From positions 2,336,001-2,400,000 of the forward strand of contig OY970325.1 in the NCBI GenBank assembly GCA_963717145.1: a DNA stretch of 64,000 nt. Direction: 5' to 3'. Source of the DNA: an uncultured Armatimonadetes bacterium (lineage in GTDB: Bacteria > Armatimonadota > UBA5829 > DTJY01). This document shows positions 1 to 9,348 of the stretch, piece by piece; position 1 is the stretch's first letter; every line of letters starts with the position of its first letter. Both the position numbers and the translations under genes were made by a program. The notes below the pieces were generated by a model. That model saw nothing but the letters and a program-made list of their open reading frames with translations. It was not told the DNA's origin and ran no database searches.

Positions 1-95
1 ACGCCGAGGTCCTTGATGACGTACTTCGTCTCGGCGCAACTGAGGTTGCCGGCGATGAGGACGGTGAAGATGACTGCGCAGATGAGACGCCGCAT
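1..95 (-). CDS. 5' part of a secreted HAF-repeat-type protein, paralog of the adjacent gene (runs off window edge)
   Basis: Manual translation MRRLICAVIFTVLIAGNLSCAETKYVIKDLG matches AETKYAIKDLG of 123..1124; both have a GGAGGCATCAC RBS context. Confidence 0.8.
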   Translation of the reverse strand, partial: MRRLICAVIFTVLIAGNLSCAETKYVIKDLG

Positions 96-122
96 GGTGA
101 TGCCTCCCATAAAACCGTCGCC

Positions 123-1124
123 CTACTTGGCCGGGGTCCACATGACTGCGTGATTCTTCCCGCCCAGGTCCTGCGCGGACCCGACGATGACGCCCGCGTT
201 ATTGATGGCACCGACCTGGCTGTTGTGCCCTCCGAGGGTCGGCAGAAGCTGCAGGTCGCCGGCCTTGTCCCATACGATCGCGCGATCGGTTCGTAGCTCC
301 GTCGTGCACGTGCCCACACTCAGGCCGGCGTCGTTGATGCAGTCTATCGAAACGGGCATCATACCGTCGAGCATCTTCAGTTCGGTCCGAACACCTGCGC
401 GGATGACGAACACCTTGTTCTCCTCGACCAGGTCGCGCGCGAGGATGGCGTCGGCGGAGATGTCTACTATGCTCTCATGGGCCGTCAGATCGTCCAACCG
501 CGTCACTTTGCCGTCTTCCCAGAGGAAACTCGCCTTCGCGCCGTCCGGGCATCCGACGGTAGCCGCGACGCGGCCCTTTTCGTTGATCACCATCTTATCG
601 ATGCAACTGAATTCCAGCGGCAGCGGGATCTTGGTGATCTTGTCGTCCTGCATGACGAAGACCTGCGAGTCGGGCCTCCCGAATTGATATGCGCCGACGA
701 TCCGGCCCTTGTTGTTGATGTCGTCGAGCCGCGCCTCCTCGTAGCCCGTCTCGACCTCGATCTTTCGCACCGCGCCCTTGGCATAGAGGTAGGCAATTCC
801 AGTGCTCTTCATGGGGAAGCTGCCCAAGTCGTTGATCGGTCCGGTCCAGACCTTGTCAGCACCCTCGGGCATCTTGATCTCGGTCATCTTCCCCTTCTCC
901 CAGAGAAATGGGACCATGACCTGAACGCTCCTGTTCGCCCCCATGCGGCTGCCCCTGCAGGTGCCGACGATCTGCGTCTTGCCGTTGATACCCGTCGCAT
1001 GGCTGCTGAGGAACCCGGGCAGGATGCCGAGGTCCTTGATCGCGTACTTCGTCTCGGCGGTCGCCGGGTCTCCGACGAGCAGGGCGAGGGAGAGGAGAAT
1101 GGTTGCACAGATGATATATCGCAT
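123..1124 (-). CDS. Secreted HAF-family extracellular repeat (beta-propeller) protein
   Basis: Signal peptide MRYIICATILL; YxIKDLG; repeated IN(D/N)xGxIVG; LPTLGG and HAVMW motifs; GGAGG before ATG at 1124. Confidence 0.75.
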   Translation of the reverse strand: MRYIICATILLSLALLVGDPATAETKYAIKDLGILPGFLSSHATGINGKTQIVGTCRGSRMGANRSVQVMVPFLWEKGKMTEIKMPEGADKVWTGPINDLGSFPMKSTGIAYLYAKGAVRKIEVETGYEEARLDDINNKGRIVGAYQFGRPDSQVFVMQDDKITKIPLPLEFSCIDKMVINEKGRVAATVGCPDGAKASFLWEDGKVTRLDDLTAHESIVDISADAILARDLVEENKVFVIRAGVRTELKMLDGMMPVSIDCINDAGLSVGTCTTELRTDRAIVWDKAGDLQLLPTLGGHNSQVGAINNAGVIVGSAQDLGGKNHAVMWTPAK

Positions 1125-1247
1125 TGTGATGCCTCCGCTGGGAAGGATGGTACTACGATTATGCTTCGACATGTGGATACGTCGTTCCTGCCGGGTATGT
1201 TGCCGAACACAAAGCAATGACCGGCACTGAGGCCGGCCATTGCCTTC

Positions 1248-1280
1248 GAGTACGATTACGATTAGGAGTAGGAGTACGAT
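1248..1280. repeat. Degenerate hexamer array (GAGTAN/GATTAN)n
   Basis: gagtac gattac gattag gagtag gagtac gat; related arrays at 36890, 49547 and 57593. Confidence 0.8.
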
Positions 1281-1296
1281 GCGGAGAAACCCCTAG

Positions 1297-2884
1297 CAGC
1301 CTGTCTGAGAATTCCCCGCTATGTGGGTGAGTTTCCCATCTGCGGGGTCGCGCTGGCTGCTGTTCGATAGTGTTTTTCGCCGGATTTCCGGCGAGGGTCT
1401 GTAAAGACCCCTTGTACCTTGATAATCAGCCTGATCCAGGTCATATATCTACGTATCGAAGATCGATTTCCGGTCGCCGTATCGGTATAGCTTCAGCATG
1501 TTGTGCCCAAGACACGCAAGCGTCCACTCCGACTTCGCTTTCGCAAGGCCTCGGAGTAGGAAGCCTCGGAAGTTCCGTGCGCTCTTGATCTGGCCGAACA
1601 CCGGCTCTACCGTCTCCTTCCGCCTCCCGTAGATCTTTCGGCCAAGAGGAGTCAAGAGCTTTGCTCTCTGGCGATCTGCGGCGGATTGCTTTGCCGGATC
1701 AAGGCAGGAAGGCGCCGTCGGCTCTTTGCCATGACGTTGTCTGTCAGGCGGTATATAAGCGTCGATCCCTTGCTGCTCGACCATCTCTATGTTGTCGCTG
1801 CTGAAGTATCCGGCATCGGCGGATACTTCTTCCGGTTTCTTTCCGGTGTTCTCCTTGATTGCCTCGATCATGTCACTAAGATGCGGTGAGTCCGCTGCCT
1901 GGTTCGTGAGATCACACGCCACTACAATCTGATGATCTGCGTCTACCGCAGCTTGTCCGTTGTATGCCTGCACGAAGGCTTTCTTTGCGTCCTTCATTAT
2001 CCGGCTTTCCGGGTCTGTGAAGTTCCGCTGTGCCTTCCCTTCCGGCTCTGTCTTTACGGGCCCCGGCTCTCTGCCGCGAGGCTTCTTCCCGGATGCTTCC
2101 TGCTCCGCCTTCTCTTGGGCTCGCATCGCTTCTTCGGCTGATGCTCGCTCTTTGGCCTCGCGCTCCAGCGCTTCTTTTGCTTCCCTGATCTTGGCGAGCC
2201 GCTTCTCTCTGGTTGCGAGTTCCTCCGGGAGTTCGTCTCCTCGGCGGTCAAGACCATATTCCGCGTCTTCCTGGTCGTCCACAGAAAGACCCTTCGCAAG
2301 GAGCGCCTCGATCTCAGCCTGAAGCTCTTTTTCTTTCTCGACCATCCGAGAGTAGCTCATGGCGGAGTGCTTGCTTGCGTTGGCAAGCAGCTTTGTTCCG
2401 TCTATGGCTATGTGTTTCATCGACACAAGCCCGGCGCTTGCGCATAGCCTGAGCACTTGCACAAACAGGTCCGCAAGGGACTTGAGATGCCTCTTCCTGA
2501 ACTCGCTTATCGTGCGGAAGTCGGGATGATTTCCTGCCGCAAGCACCCGGAAGGCTACATCTTCATACGTGGCCAGGGAGAGCTTTCGAGATGAATACAC
2601 TCCCCGGCACAAACCGTAGAATATGATCTTTGTAAGCATTGCCGGATGGAACGGCGGCGCTCCTCGGGCCTCTTTCTCGTATGAGGCGTATATCGCGGAA
2701 AGGTCGAGACTGTCTACGACATCGCTCACAAAGTATGCGAGATGTCCCTCGGGCAGCCACTCCGACATCAAGGGCGGCAACAGCAATATCTGGTCAGGTT
2801 GATAAGGAAGGTATGGCTTGCTCATACCCGTATTTTACTACATACCTGGCACCTTGCGCCAGAGGTTATTTCATGGACAGGCTG
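1297..2884 (-). mobile_element. IS1182-family insertion sequence, apparently complete
   Basis: Inverted ends CAGCCTGTC / GACAGGCTG; CTAG on both flanks (1293-1296, 2885-2888); one transposase ORF; more AT-rich than flanks. Confidence 0.9.
1449..2825 (-). CDS. IS1182-family DDE transposase
   Basis: GAPPFHPAML, PDFRTISEFR, IAIDGTK, NFTDPESRIM, SADAGYFS, RKETVEPVFGQIK motifs. Confidence 0.95.
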   Translation of the reverse strand: MSKPYLPYQPDQILLLPPLMSEWLPEGHLAYFVSDVVDSLDLSAIYASYEKEARGAPPFHPAMLTKIIFYGLCRGVYSSRKLSLATYEDVAFRVLAAGNHPDFRTISEFRKRHLKSLADLFVQVLRLCASAGLVSMKHIAIDGTKLLANASKHSAMSYSRMVEKEKELQAEIEALLAKGLSVDDQEDAEYGLDRRGDELPEELATREKRLAKIREAKEALEREAKERASAEEAMRAQEKAEQEASGKKPRGREPGPVKTEPEGKAQRNFTDPESRIMKDAKKAFVQAYNGQAAVDADHQIVVACDLTNQAADSPHLSDMIEAIKENTGKKPEEVSADAGYFSSDNIEMVEQQGIDAYIPPDRQRHGKEPTAPSCLDPAKQSAADRQRAKLLTPLGRKIYGRRKETVEPVFGQIKSARNFRGFLLRGLAKAKSEWTLACLGHNMLKLYRYGDRKSIFDT

Positions 2885-4876
2885 CTAGCCCAGCGCTTCC
2901 CGTGCGGCCTTCGCCCGCGCGACGTTCTCGGACCAGAAGCCGAGGAACTGGTTGAGCGTCGGCGGGACGTAGATCGAGGTGATGTAGTCCTCGGGCGCGA
3001 CACCGTCGGGCTCGAAGGCCTTCACCCAGTCCGGCCAGATTCGGAGGAGCGTCCGATGGCGCGTGTCCCAGATCGAGCCGGGGACAGGCGTGCCGTCGCG
3101 GTTCATGTCGTCGTGCAGGGTCCTCCAGGACTTGATCTCGGGGCCGCCGGACTTCGCCAGATCGAGGTACATCCGCTGGATGTTGCCGAAGTCGGTCGAG
3201 AACGGCACATCGAGCAGGTCGGTGTTCTGGTGGAACTTTCGCTTTGAGGCCGTGAGCAGGCGGTTCTGCTCCGAGCCGAACTTGTAGGCGATCCACGCAG
3301 CCGCCCGCTTGGTGCAGAGGCTTCCCGCGTGATCGATGGCGTCCTCCTCGGCCTCGGGATCGAAGTCGATTCCGGCTCGGGCGACGGCCGCCTTGAACTC
3401 GGGCGAGTTCAGGGGCGCTTCGGTCAGCGCCTTCGGGACGGCGGGCTTGATCTCGGTCTTGAACGGCGAGTCGGCGGGGAGCGCGTCGAGCAGCCGCTCG
3501 ATCCGATACACGCGGATGGCGTCGTTGAAGCGCCCGATCATCGACGTGATGACCGAGCCGCCGCGTCCGTCGTCGACCTTCTCGCCGGTCCGCGACTCGT
3601 ATAGCTTGATGCCCTCGTCCACGGCCACCCAGGTCGCGACCATCTGGGCGACTTCGTAGCTCAGGGTCATGTTGGTGAACATCCGCTCGTGGAGGGCGTC
3701 AGGATAGTCGGGATGGAAGCCGGCGTTGAACGCGCGGACGATCCCCAGCGCGCATGGACCGGTGCACGAGACCTTGAAGTGGTTGTTCGCCTTGCCGACC
3801 CTCGGAGCGGCTTTCGATGCATACGGCTCTCCTGCCCCTTCGAGCAGGATGTCGTCGAAGAGCTGGACGCGCTTGCCGAGGATGTCGTAGATCTCGCCGC
3901 CCGCGCGGACGCACTTCTCCTCCTCGTCGTGCCAGTCGGGCCGGAGCTGGAACGCCACGCGCCCGAGGCCCTGCATCAGGAAGACCTGTCGGAGGCCAAG
4001 CATCGCGTCCACGACGACCCATTCGGTGAACTTCGTCGCCGCCCAGTCGTCGGCCTGGTTCTTCTCGATCTGCTCCTTCGCGATGATGGCTCGGACCGCG
4101 CTCCATTTGTTCGGGAACCGCTTGATGAACGCTGCGGCCTCTTCCCCGTGGATGTTGGCCTTTCCGTCGAGGTCGTCCTCGCCCATCACGGCGATCGCCG
4201 GGTTCGTCGTGCCGCCGAGACTCCCGATCTTGCGGCACCGAGCGGCCTGGAGTCCGTAGTCGTTGAAGAACTCGGTCTTGGTGAGTCCCTTCTCCCACGC
4301 GAGGAACAGCTTCACGTAGTACGTCTCGGGCTGATAAAGGGCGGCGAAGCACTTCAGATGCTCGGCGATCGTCGCATACGGATCGCTGCCGGACACGCGC
4401 TGCCAGTCGTTCGCCCATGCGATGAAGAGGTTGTCGCCCTTGTTGACCGCGAGGTCCTCCGACTTGATCTCATCGAGGACCGCCTTCGCGGCATCCGGAG
4501 CGGCGGCCTCCCATTCGATGAGGAGCTTCTCGCCGTTCGCCCTGATCTGATCGATGACGGGTGCGGTCAAGGTGTTCTCCCCGTGGAGCGCCTCGGACTG
4601 GAGGTTGTGGTGCAGTTCGACGATCGACGAGAGGGAATCGGTCACGCCCAGGAGGAATGAGACGCACTTCTTCCGCGTCGGGAGATTGGCTGACTTGAAC
4701 GCTTCGTCCAGGCCTGCGGTCACATCTTGGAACCGGGCGGCGAAGTCGGTCGGTCTGGTGAAGAAGAGCAGCTTCTGGCGCGCGAGTTCGACGTCCCAGC
4801 CGGGCATCATTCCGTCCGCACAGCGGTGGCATCCGAGCACGAGGCAGCATATCGTTTTCGTTGCGGGATCAGACAT
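2885..4876 (-). CDS. Divergent transaldolase-superfamily protein with ~200 aa N-terminal extension
   Basis: Ordered motifs GTTNP, VAFQL, FKV (Schiff-base Lys position), NMTLSY, SMIGRFND, LLTASKR. Confidence 0.7.
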   Translation of the reverse strand: MSDPATKTICCLVLGCHRCADGMMPGWDVELARQKLLFFTRPTDFAARFQDVTAGLDEAFKSANLPTRKKCVSFLLGVTDSLSSIVELHHNLQSEALHGENTLTAPVIDQIRANGEKLLIEWEAAAPDAAKAVLDEIKSEDLAVNKGDNLFIAWANDWQRVSGSDPYATIAEHLKCFAALYQPETYYVKLFLAWEKGLTKTEFFNDYGLQAARCRKIGSLGGTTNPAIAVMGEDDLDGKANIHGEEAAAFIKRFPNKWSAVRAIIAKEQIEKNQADDWAATKFTEWVVVDAMLGLRQVFLMQGLGRVAFQLRPDWHDEEEKCVRAGGEIYDILGKRVQLFDDILLEGAGEPYASKAAPRVGKANNHFKVSCTGPCALGIVRAFNAGFHPDYPDALHERMFTNMTLSYEVAQMVATWVAVDEGIKLYESRTGEKVDDGRGGSVITSMIGRFNDAIRVYRIERLLDALPADSPFKTEIKPAVPKALTEAPLNSPEFKAAVARAGIDFDPEAEEDAIDHAGSLCTKRAAAWIAYKFGSEQNRLLTASKRKFHQNTDLLDVPFSTDFGNIQRMYLDLAKSGGPEIKSWRTLHDDMNRDGTPVPGSIWDTRHRTLLRIWPDWVKAFEPDGVAPEDYITSIYVPPTLNQFLGFWSENVARAKAAREALG

Positions 4877-5023
4877 CAGGGAATCCTCCATTGCGAGTCA
4901 AAGAGTCATATTCTACGATGCTGCGGGAATGCTTTTCTTTCCCGCAGCAGAGCCCTCGTACATACGCTGCATGCTGATGGAAAGAAAAGCATTCCATCAG
5001 CATCGCAACGTCCTGTGAAGTGG

Positions 5024-6340
5024 CTACTCCATCGTGTGCTTCGGGATCGACTTGTCGTTGCGCGTCCTCGTGGCTTCGGCTTCCATCTTGTCCACACACT
5101 GCTGCGGGGTGATCTCGCCGTTCAGAAGCGCCGCGAGGGCGTCCTCCGTCGCTTTGCCGAGCGCCTTGTACCAATCGCCGTAGTCGCGGTACCAAGTCTC
5201 CTTCGCCTCGCGCATGCACTTCGCGGGCTCGACGAGATCGGGCGGAAGGTTGACATCGTCGCTCCCGATGATCGACATCAGGGTGTTCTTCTTGACGACG
5301 AACTCCTTGGCCATCTTGAGCGATGTCATGAACTTGTAGAAGTCGGCGGCCTCGTCGGGATGCTTCGCCTCCTTGGGGACGATCCAGGTCTCGATGCCGG
5401 TCGAAGTGACCGTCGGATCTCCCTTCCCGCCCTTGATGACCGGCGGGTTGAAGTACTGCATGCGGAATCCCTTGGGGATCTGGGTCTTCATCTCCGACCC
5501 GAGCCACGTTCCGCAGGGAATCATCGCCGCGTTGGCGAGGACGAACTCCATCTGCGACTCGGTGTGGCTCATCCCCATCGCGCCCTTCTGGAAGTACCCC
5601 TTCTTCCGCATCTCGTCGATCATCTGGGCCGCCTTGAGGAACGCCGGGTTCTTCCATGCGCCTGGGACGAGGTTCTGCGCGTCCTTGAAGACCTGGAATC
5701 CGCCGGCGCTGATCGCCCACGGGATGAACATCCCCTGGAGCATGTACTGCGGGTACTTGCCCTGGAAGGTCATGGGCGCGATGTTCTTCGCCTTGATCTT
5801 CTCGCAGAGGACGAGAAGCTCGTCGTAGGTCTTCGGAGGCTTCCATCCGTTCTTCTCGAACATGCCGACGTTGTACCACCAGCCGAACACGTTGTTGTTA
5901 TACGGCATGATGTAGTAATGGCCGTCATACTTGCCCTTGTTCAGCAGGCTGGGGATGAACGTGTCCTTCCACTTCTTGTCCTGGTCGAACGCCTTGGTCT
6001 CGAGGTACTTGTCCATCTCCATCACCTGGCCGTCCATGACGAGCGCCCAGGTGTCCATGCCCCATCCCGGCCACGTCAGATCGGGGGGATCGCCTGCCAC
6101 GAATCGCGGACGGAGTTGCTCCCAGATTCGCGGGTTGCCCCAGACCTTGATCTTGATGTCGGGATGGATCTTCTCGTACTCGCGGGCGGCGTACTCGAAG
6201 AAGTCGAGGCCGTATCCGCCCTGGAAGACGGCGACCTCCAACTCGATCTTGCCGCCGGTCGAGCCGGACGGCTTATTGGCGCATCCGACGAGAATGCAGA
6301 GCGCCAGAACGATGGCGAGTATCAGCAGTATCTTTCTCAT
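5024..6340 (-). CDS. Carbohydrate ABC transporter substrate-binding lipoprotein (NgcE-like)
   Basis: Lipobox ILVGC; LEVAVFQGGYG; LRPRFVAGDPPD; PKTYDELL. Confidence 0.85.
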   Translation of the reverse strand: MRKILLILAIVLALCILVGCANKPSGSTGGKIELEVAVFQGGYGLDFFEYAAREYEKIHPDIKIKVWGNPRIWEQLRPRFVAGDPPDLTWPGWGMDTWALVMDGQVMEMDKYLETKAFDQDKKWKDTFIPSLLNKGKYDGHYYIMPYNNNVFGWWYNVGMFEKNGWKPPKTYDELLVLCEKIKAKNIAPMTFQGKYPQYMLQGMFIPWAISAGGFQVFKDAQNLVPGAWKNPAFLKAAQMIDEMRKKGYFQKGAMGMSHTESQMEFVLANAAMIPCGTWLGSEMKTQIPKGFRMQYFNPPVIKGGKGDPTVTSTGIETWIVPKEAKHPDEAADFYKFMTSLKMAKEFVVKKNTLMSIIGSDDVNLPPDLVEPAKCMREAKETWYRDYGDWYKALGKATEDALAALLNGEITPQQCVDKMEAEATRTRNDKSIPKHTME

Positions 6341-6418
6341 GAGTGCTTCATCCTCCGAAGGAATGTGTTCGTGGTAAGGTTTCAACCGGGCGGCGGGGAA
6401 ATCCTTCGCCAACAGGGT

Positions 6419-6512
6419 GTAGGAGGGATTTTCCGGGATGATTGTGCCCGGTAATCCCGAATAGATGTGATCGGGATTACCGGGCACAATCATCCCGGAA
6501 AATCCCTCCTAC
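6419..6512. repeat. GTAG-type REP doublet (REPIN-like): perfect 42-bp arms, 10-nt spacer
   Basis: GTAGGAGGGATTTTCCGGG...AATCCCGA and its exact reverse complement; each arm has an internal hairpin. Confidence 0.85.
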
Positions 6513-7687
6513 GATGCCGGCTTGGGCGAGACCTGCCAGTAGATCAGGCCCGCGATCAGGATCAGGCTCGAGAGAACCGCGAACGCGGCATACGGCGCTC
6601 GGAGTGAGATGAACTGAGCGGCGATCCCGCCGACGAACCCGCCGGAGATGTTCCCCGCGGCGACGAGCGACTCGTGGATGCCCGAGTTCTTCCCCATCTT
6701 CGTCCGCGCCTGGAGTCCGTAGTACAGCGCCTGAGTGTACGCAATCCCGAGGGATATCCCCTGGATCAGGAACGCGGCGGCATAGAGCGCCTTGGACTGG
6801 ACGAGCGCGATCGCCAGCCCGGACACGATCGCCATCAGGAGCGCCATCACCAGCGGCCAGAGCTTCCCGCGCCACCAGGGGCTCGCGCCCGCGATGAATA
6901 TGCCGACCGCCTGCCCGACGAGCATTGTGCCGAGCAGGAGTCCGATCGCGCCGTCCGAGTACCCGAGCGTGTAACCGAGCTTCGGGAACATGCTCCTGAT
7001 CGCCGAATACCCGAAGAATCCGACGAAGTGCGCCGACCTGGCTATCATCAGCAGTGGCCCGGGCCCTTCCGTCGATGAAGAGAGAAGCATCGGATCGATG
7101 CCCTCCCCGTTCTCCTGCGCACCGCCCGAGACATGCATCCGCGACCATGCGCGGACGAACCAGATCGAGCCGGCCGCGAGAAGCGCTCCGACCGCGAACG
7201 GCCACGCCTTGTGCGCCGCGAACAGATAGCCGGCGACGAGCGTGCATGCCGATCCGCCGATGGTCCAGCCGATGTTGAACGCGGATAGGTTCTTTCGAAG
7301 CTCGCCCTTGGCGCTGTTGTCGCCGATGAACGCCTGCAGGGACGGGTAGAACGCGCCAACGGAGATCATGAAGAAGAAGTAGTAGACGAAGATATGCGCA
7401 TTGTTGGCGGAGAACGCCAGTCCGATGGCGGTCAGAGTTGCCAATGCCGCCGCCGGGATGATGACTCTCGTGCGGCCGACCTTCTCCGAGAGCAGCCCCG
7501 TGGTCATGCACACGGGCAGGCGCGCCCCCTGGGAGATCGACCACATGTTGCCGAGGAAAAGCGGGCTTGCGCCGAATCTGATGGCGAGCAGAGGCACGGC
7601 GGTCTGCACGAAGCCGATGCAGCCGTCCATGAGAGCAGGTATCGCGAAACTGAAACCGCGCGTGCGGGTGGATGATGACTTGTCCAT
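6509..7687 (-). CDS. MFS transporter
   Basis: About 12 hydrophobic segments; GLLSEKVGRTR motif A. Confidence 0.9.
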   Translation of the reverse strand: MDKSSSTRTRGFSFAIPALMDGCIGFVQTAVPLLAIRFGASPLFLGNMWSISQGARLPVCMTTGLLSEKVGRTRVIIPAAALATLTAIGLAFSANNAHIFVYYFFFMISVGAFYPSLQAFIGDNSAKGELRKNLSAFNIGWTIGGSACTLVAGYLFAAHKAWPFAVGALLAAGSIWFVRAWSRMHVSGGAQENGEGIDPMLLSSSTEGPGPLLMIARSAHFVGFFGYSAIRSMFPKLGYTLGYSDGAIGLLLGTMLVGQAVGIFIAGASPWWRGKLWPLVMALLMAIVSGLAIALVQSKALYAAAFLIQGISLGIAYTQALYYGLQARTKMGKNSGIHESLVAAGNISGGFVGGIAAQFISLRAPYAAFAVLSSLILIAGLIYWQVSPKPAS

Positions 7688-7731
7688 GAGTACGAGTGAT
7701 TGTTCATCGCGGCGCCCTCATAGTCCTACAC

Positions 7732-7961
7732 GGGGTGCATTCGAGCTGAGTGGGTGGCGACCGTCTCTCGTTATGCCACCAGAGTGGCTACTCGAGACTA
7801 GACGGTTGGGGCTTGGGAGCCTCGGCAGACCACCCAACCGTTCTCCTCGAGACTAGACGGGGTTAGGTCCTGGGAAGCCTGGCAGACCACCCAACCGTTC
7901 TCCTCGAGTAGCCACTCTGGTGGCATAACGAGAGGCCGGCCCACTCTGGGGAAATGCACCC
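7732..7961. mobile_element. MITE-like element, copy 1
   Basis: Terminal IR GGGTGCATT/AATGCACCC; flanking direct repeat TCCTACAC (7724-7731, 7962-7969); ~31-bp internal IR; homolog at 43846-44022. Confidence 0.8.
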
Positions 7962-8051
7962 TCCTACACACCAGGTCTTGACTCGTGATGGAGAACGCTG
8001 TATTCTTTTGTCAGACAGACTGATCCATTTCACATTTGCGAGGCAACTACC

Positions 8052-8165
8052 ATGGGAGACAAGTCACCGAAGAAAGAAAACAAAGCACAGCCGAAGAAGG
8101 ATCTCAAAGAGAAACGCAAGGACAAGCAGGAGAAGAAGGCTGCTGCAAAGACCTGGAGTCCGTAG
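8052..8165 (+). CDS. Small Lys-rich protein, 37 aa (not in ORF track)
   Basis: MGDKSPKKENKAQPKKDLKEKRKDKQEKKAAAKTWSP, preceded by GAGG. Confidence 0.55.
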   Translation: MGDKSPKKENKAQPKKDLKEKRKDKQEKKAAAKTWSP

Positions 8166-8175
8166 CGGAATCCGC

Positions 8176-9333
8176 TTGAGAACGCGAACGTGCACCGTGC
8201 TGATACTTGCATGCCTCTTCTCGGTCGCCTGGGGAGCCGACCGAGAAGTCATGCGCACGGATATGTTCGATCACATCCGCGGTGGGTGGACCGGCATGCT
8301 CATCGGCGGGATCGAGGGGCTACCCCACGAGTTCAAGTACAACGATGCGCCCCGTGAATCGCTCCCCGAGTTCACCTTCCTCAAAGACGGCGCGCGGTCC
8401 GACGACGACAACGATATCGAGTGGATGCACATCTACTACATGGACCGTTACCGCACGCTCCTGATCCCCTACCCCAAGATCGTGGATATCTGGAAGGCGA
8501 ACATGAACGCCGGGATCTGGGCCGCCAACCGCCAGGCCCGCAAGCTCATGGACGAGGGCATCGTCCCTCCCGCCACCGGGGATCCCGCGCGGAACAGCTA
8601 TGCGTCGTTCAACCTCTCCGGCCAGTTCTGCATCGAGTCATACGGCATGATCGCACCGGGCATGCCACAGTTGGCGGGGGAAATCGGTCTCCACTATGCG
8701 CAGATCAGCGTGCGGGGCGAGCCGCTCCAGGCGACCCGGTACTGGACGGCGCTGATCAGTCAGACGATATTCAGCGAAGAGCGGATCCCCAGGCAGATCG
8801 TCGATGCGCTCCTGGCGGTCGATCCGTCGAGCGCGATGGCGGAGGTCGTGAGGGATGCGATCAAGGCGCACGACGACAATCCCACCGACTGGAAGGCGGC
8901 GCGTCAGTCGATCCACGACAAGTGGTTCGTCGAGCGGAAGTGGAATACGAACTCGACTCCGCTCAACGGCGGGGCGGTCGTCCTGGCGCTGCTCTATGGC
9001 GACGGCGACTTCTACAAGACGCTCCAGTACGCGATGGCTCTGGGATACGATGCCGACTGCAATGCGGCAACCGCCGGCGCGGTGATCGGCTACCGGATCG
9101 GGTTCAAAGCGATCGAGGCGCTCCCGCAGTTCCGCATGCCGGACACCTACCGGAACGCGACGCGTCCCTCGCTGCCGGCGGAGTCGAAGGTATCCGACCA
9201 GGCCGAGACGCTCCTCCGGGTCTGCGAGCGCGCCATCCTCCGCAACGGCGGCCGCCGCGTCACCATCGACGGCCAACCCGGATACCGCATCAAGCTCCAG
9301 CAGCCGAGGGTTATCCAGCCGCTGGAGAAGTAG
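8176..9333 (+). CDS. ADP-ribosylglycohydrolase-family protein, probably exported (start approximate)
   Basis: GGWTGMLIG, SDDDND, LLYGDGDF, GYDADCNAATAG; signal-peptide-like N-terminus. Confidence 0.8.
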   Translation: MRTRTCTVLILACLFSVAWGADREVMRTDMFDHIRGGWTGMLIGGIEGLPHEFKYNDAPRESLPEFTFLKDGARSDDDNDIEWMHIYYMDRYRTLLIPYPKIVDIWKANMNAGIWAANRQARKLMDEGIVPPATGDPARNSYASFNLSGQFCIESYGMIAPGMPQLAGEIGLHYAQISVRGEPLQATRYWTALISQTIFSEERIPRQIVDALLAVDPSSAMAEVVRDAIKAHDDNPTDWKAARQSIHDKWFVERKWNTNSTPLNGGAVVLALLYGDGDFYKTLQYAMALGYDADCNAATAGAVIGYRIGFKAIEALPQFRMPDTYRNATRPSLPAESKVSDQAETLLRVCERAILRNGGRRVTIDGQPGYRIKLQQPRVIQPLEK

Positions 9334-9348
9334 ACGAGTACTGCACTT

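Noticed and set aside
4727-6454. 575-aa plus-strand ORF and similar long antisense ORFs (10319-11569, 33244-34905, 36833-38254, 62988-63860)
   Set aside because: Antisense shadows of recognisable genes, typical of GC-rich DNA; no motifs
7791-7908. CRISPR-like repeat-spacer pattern
   Set aside because: Only two units, short mutually similar middles, enclosed in inverted repeats and no cas genes; better explained as MITE internal duplication
7954-8175. N-terminal extension of the ADP-ribosylglycohydrolase ORF
   Set aside because: Starts inside the MITE end and overlaps a better small ORF; the signal peptide begins near 8176
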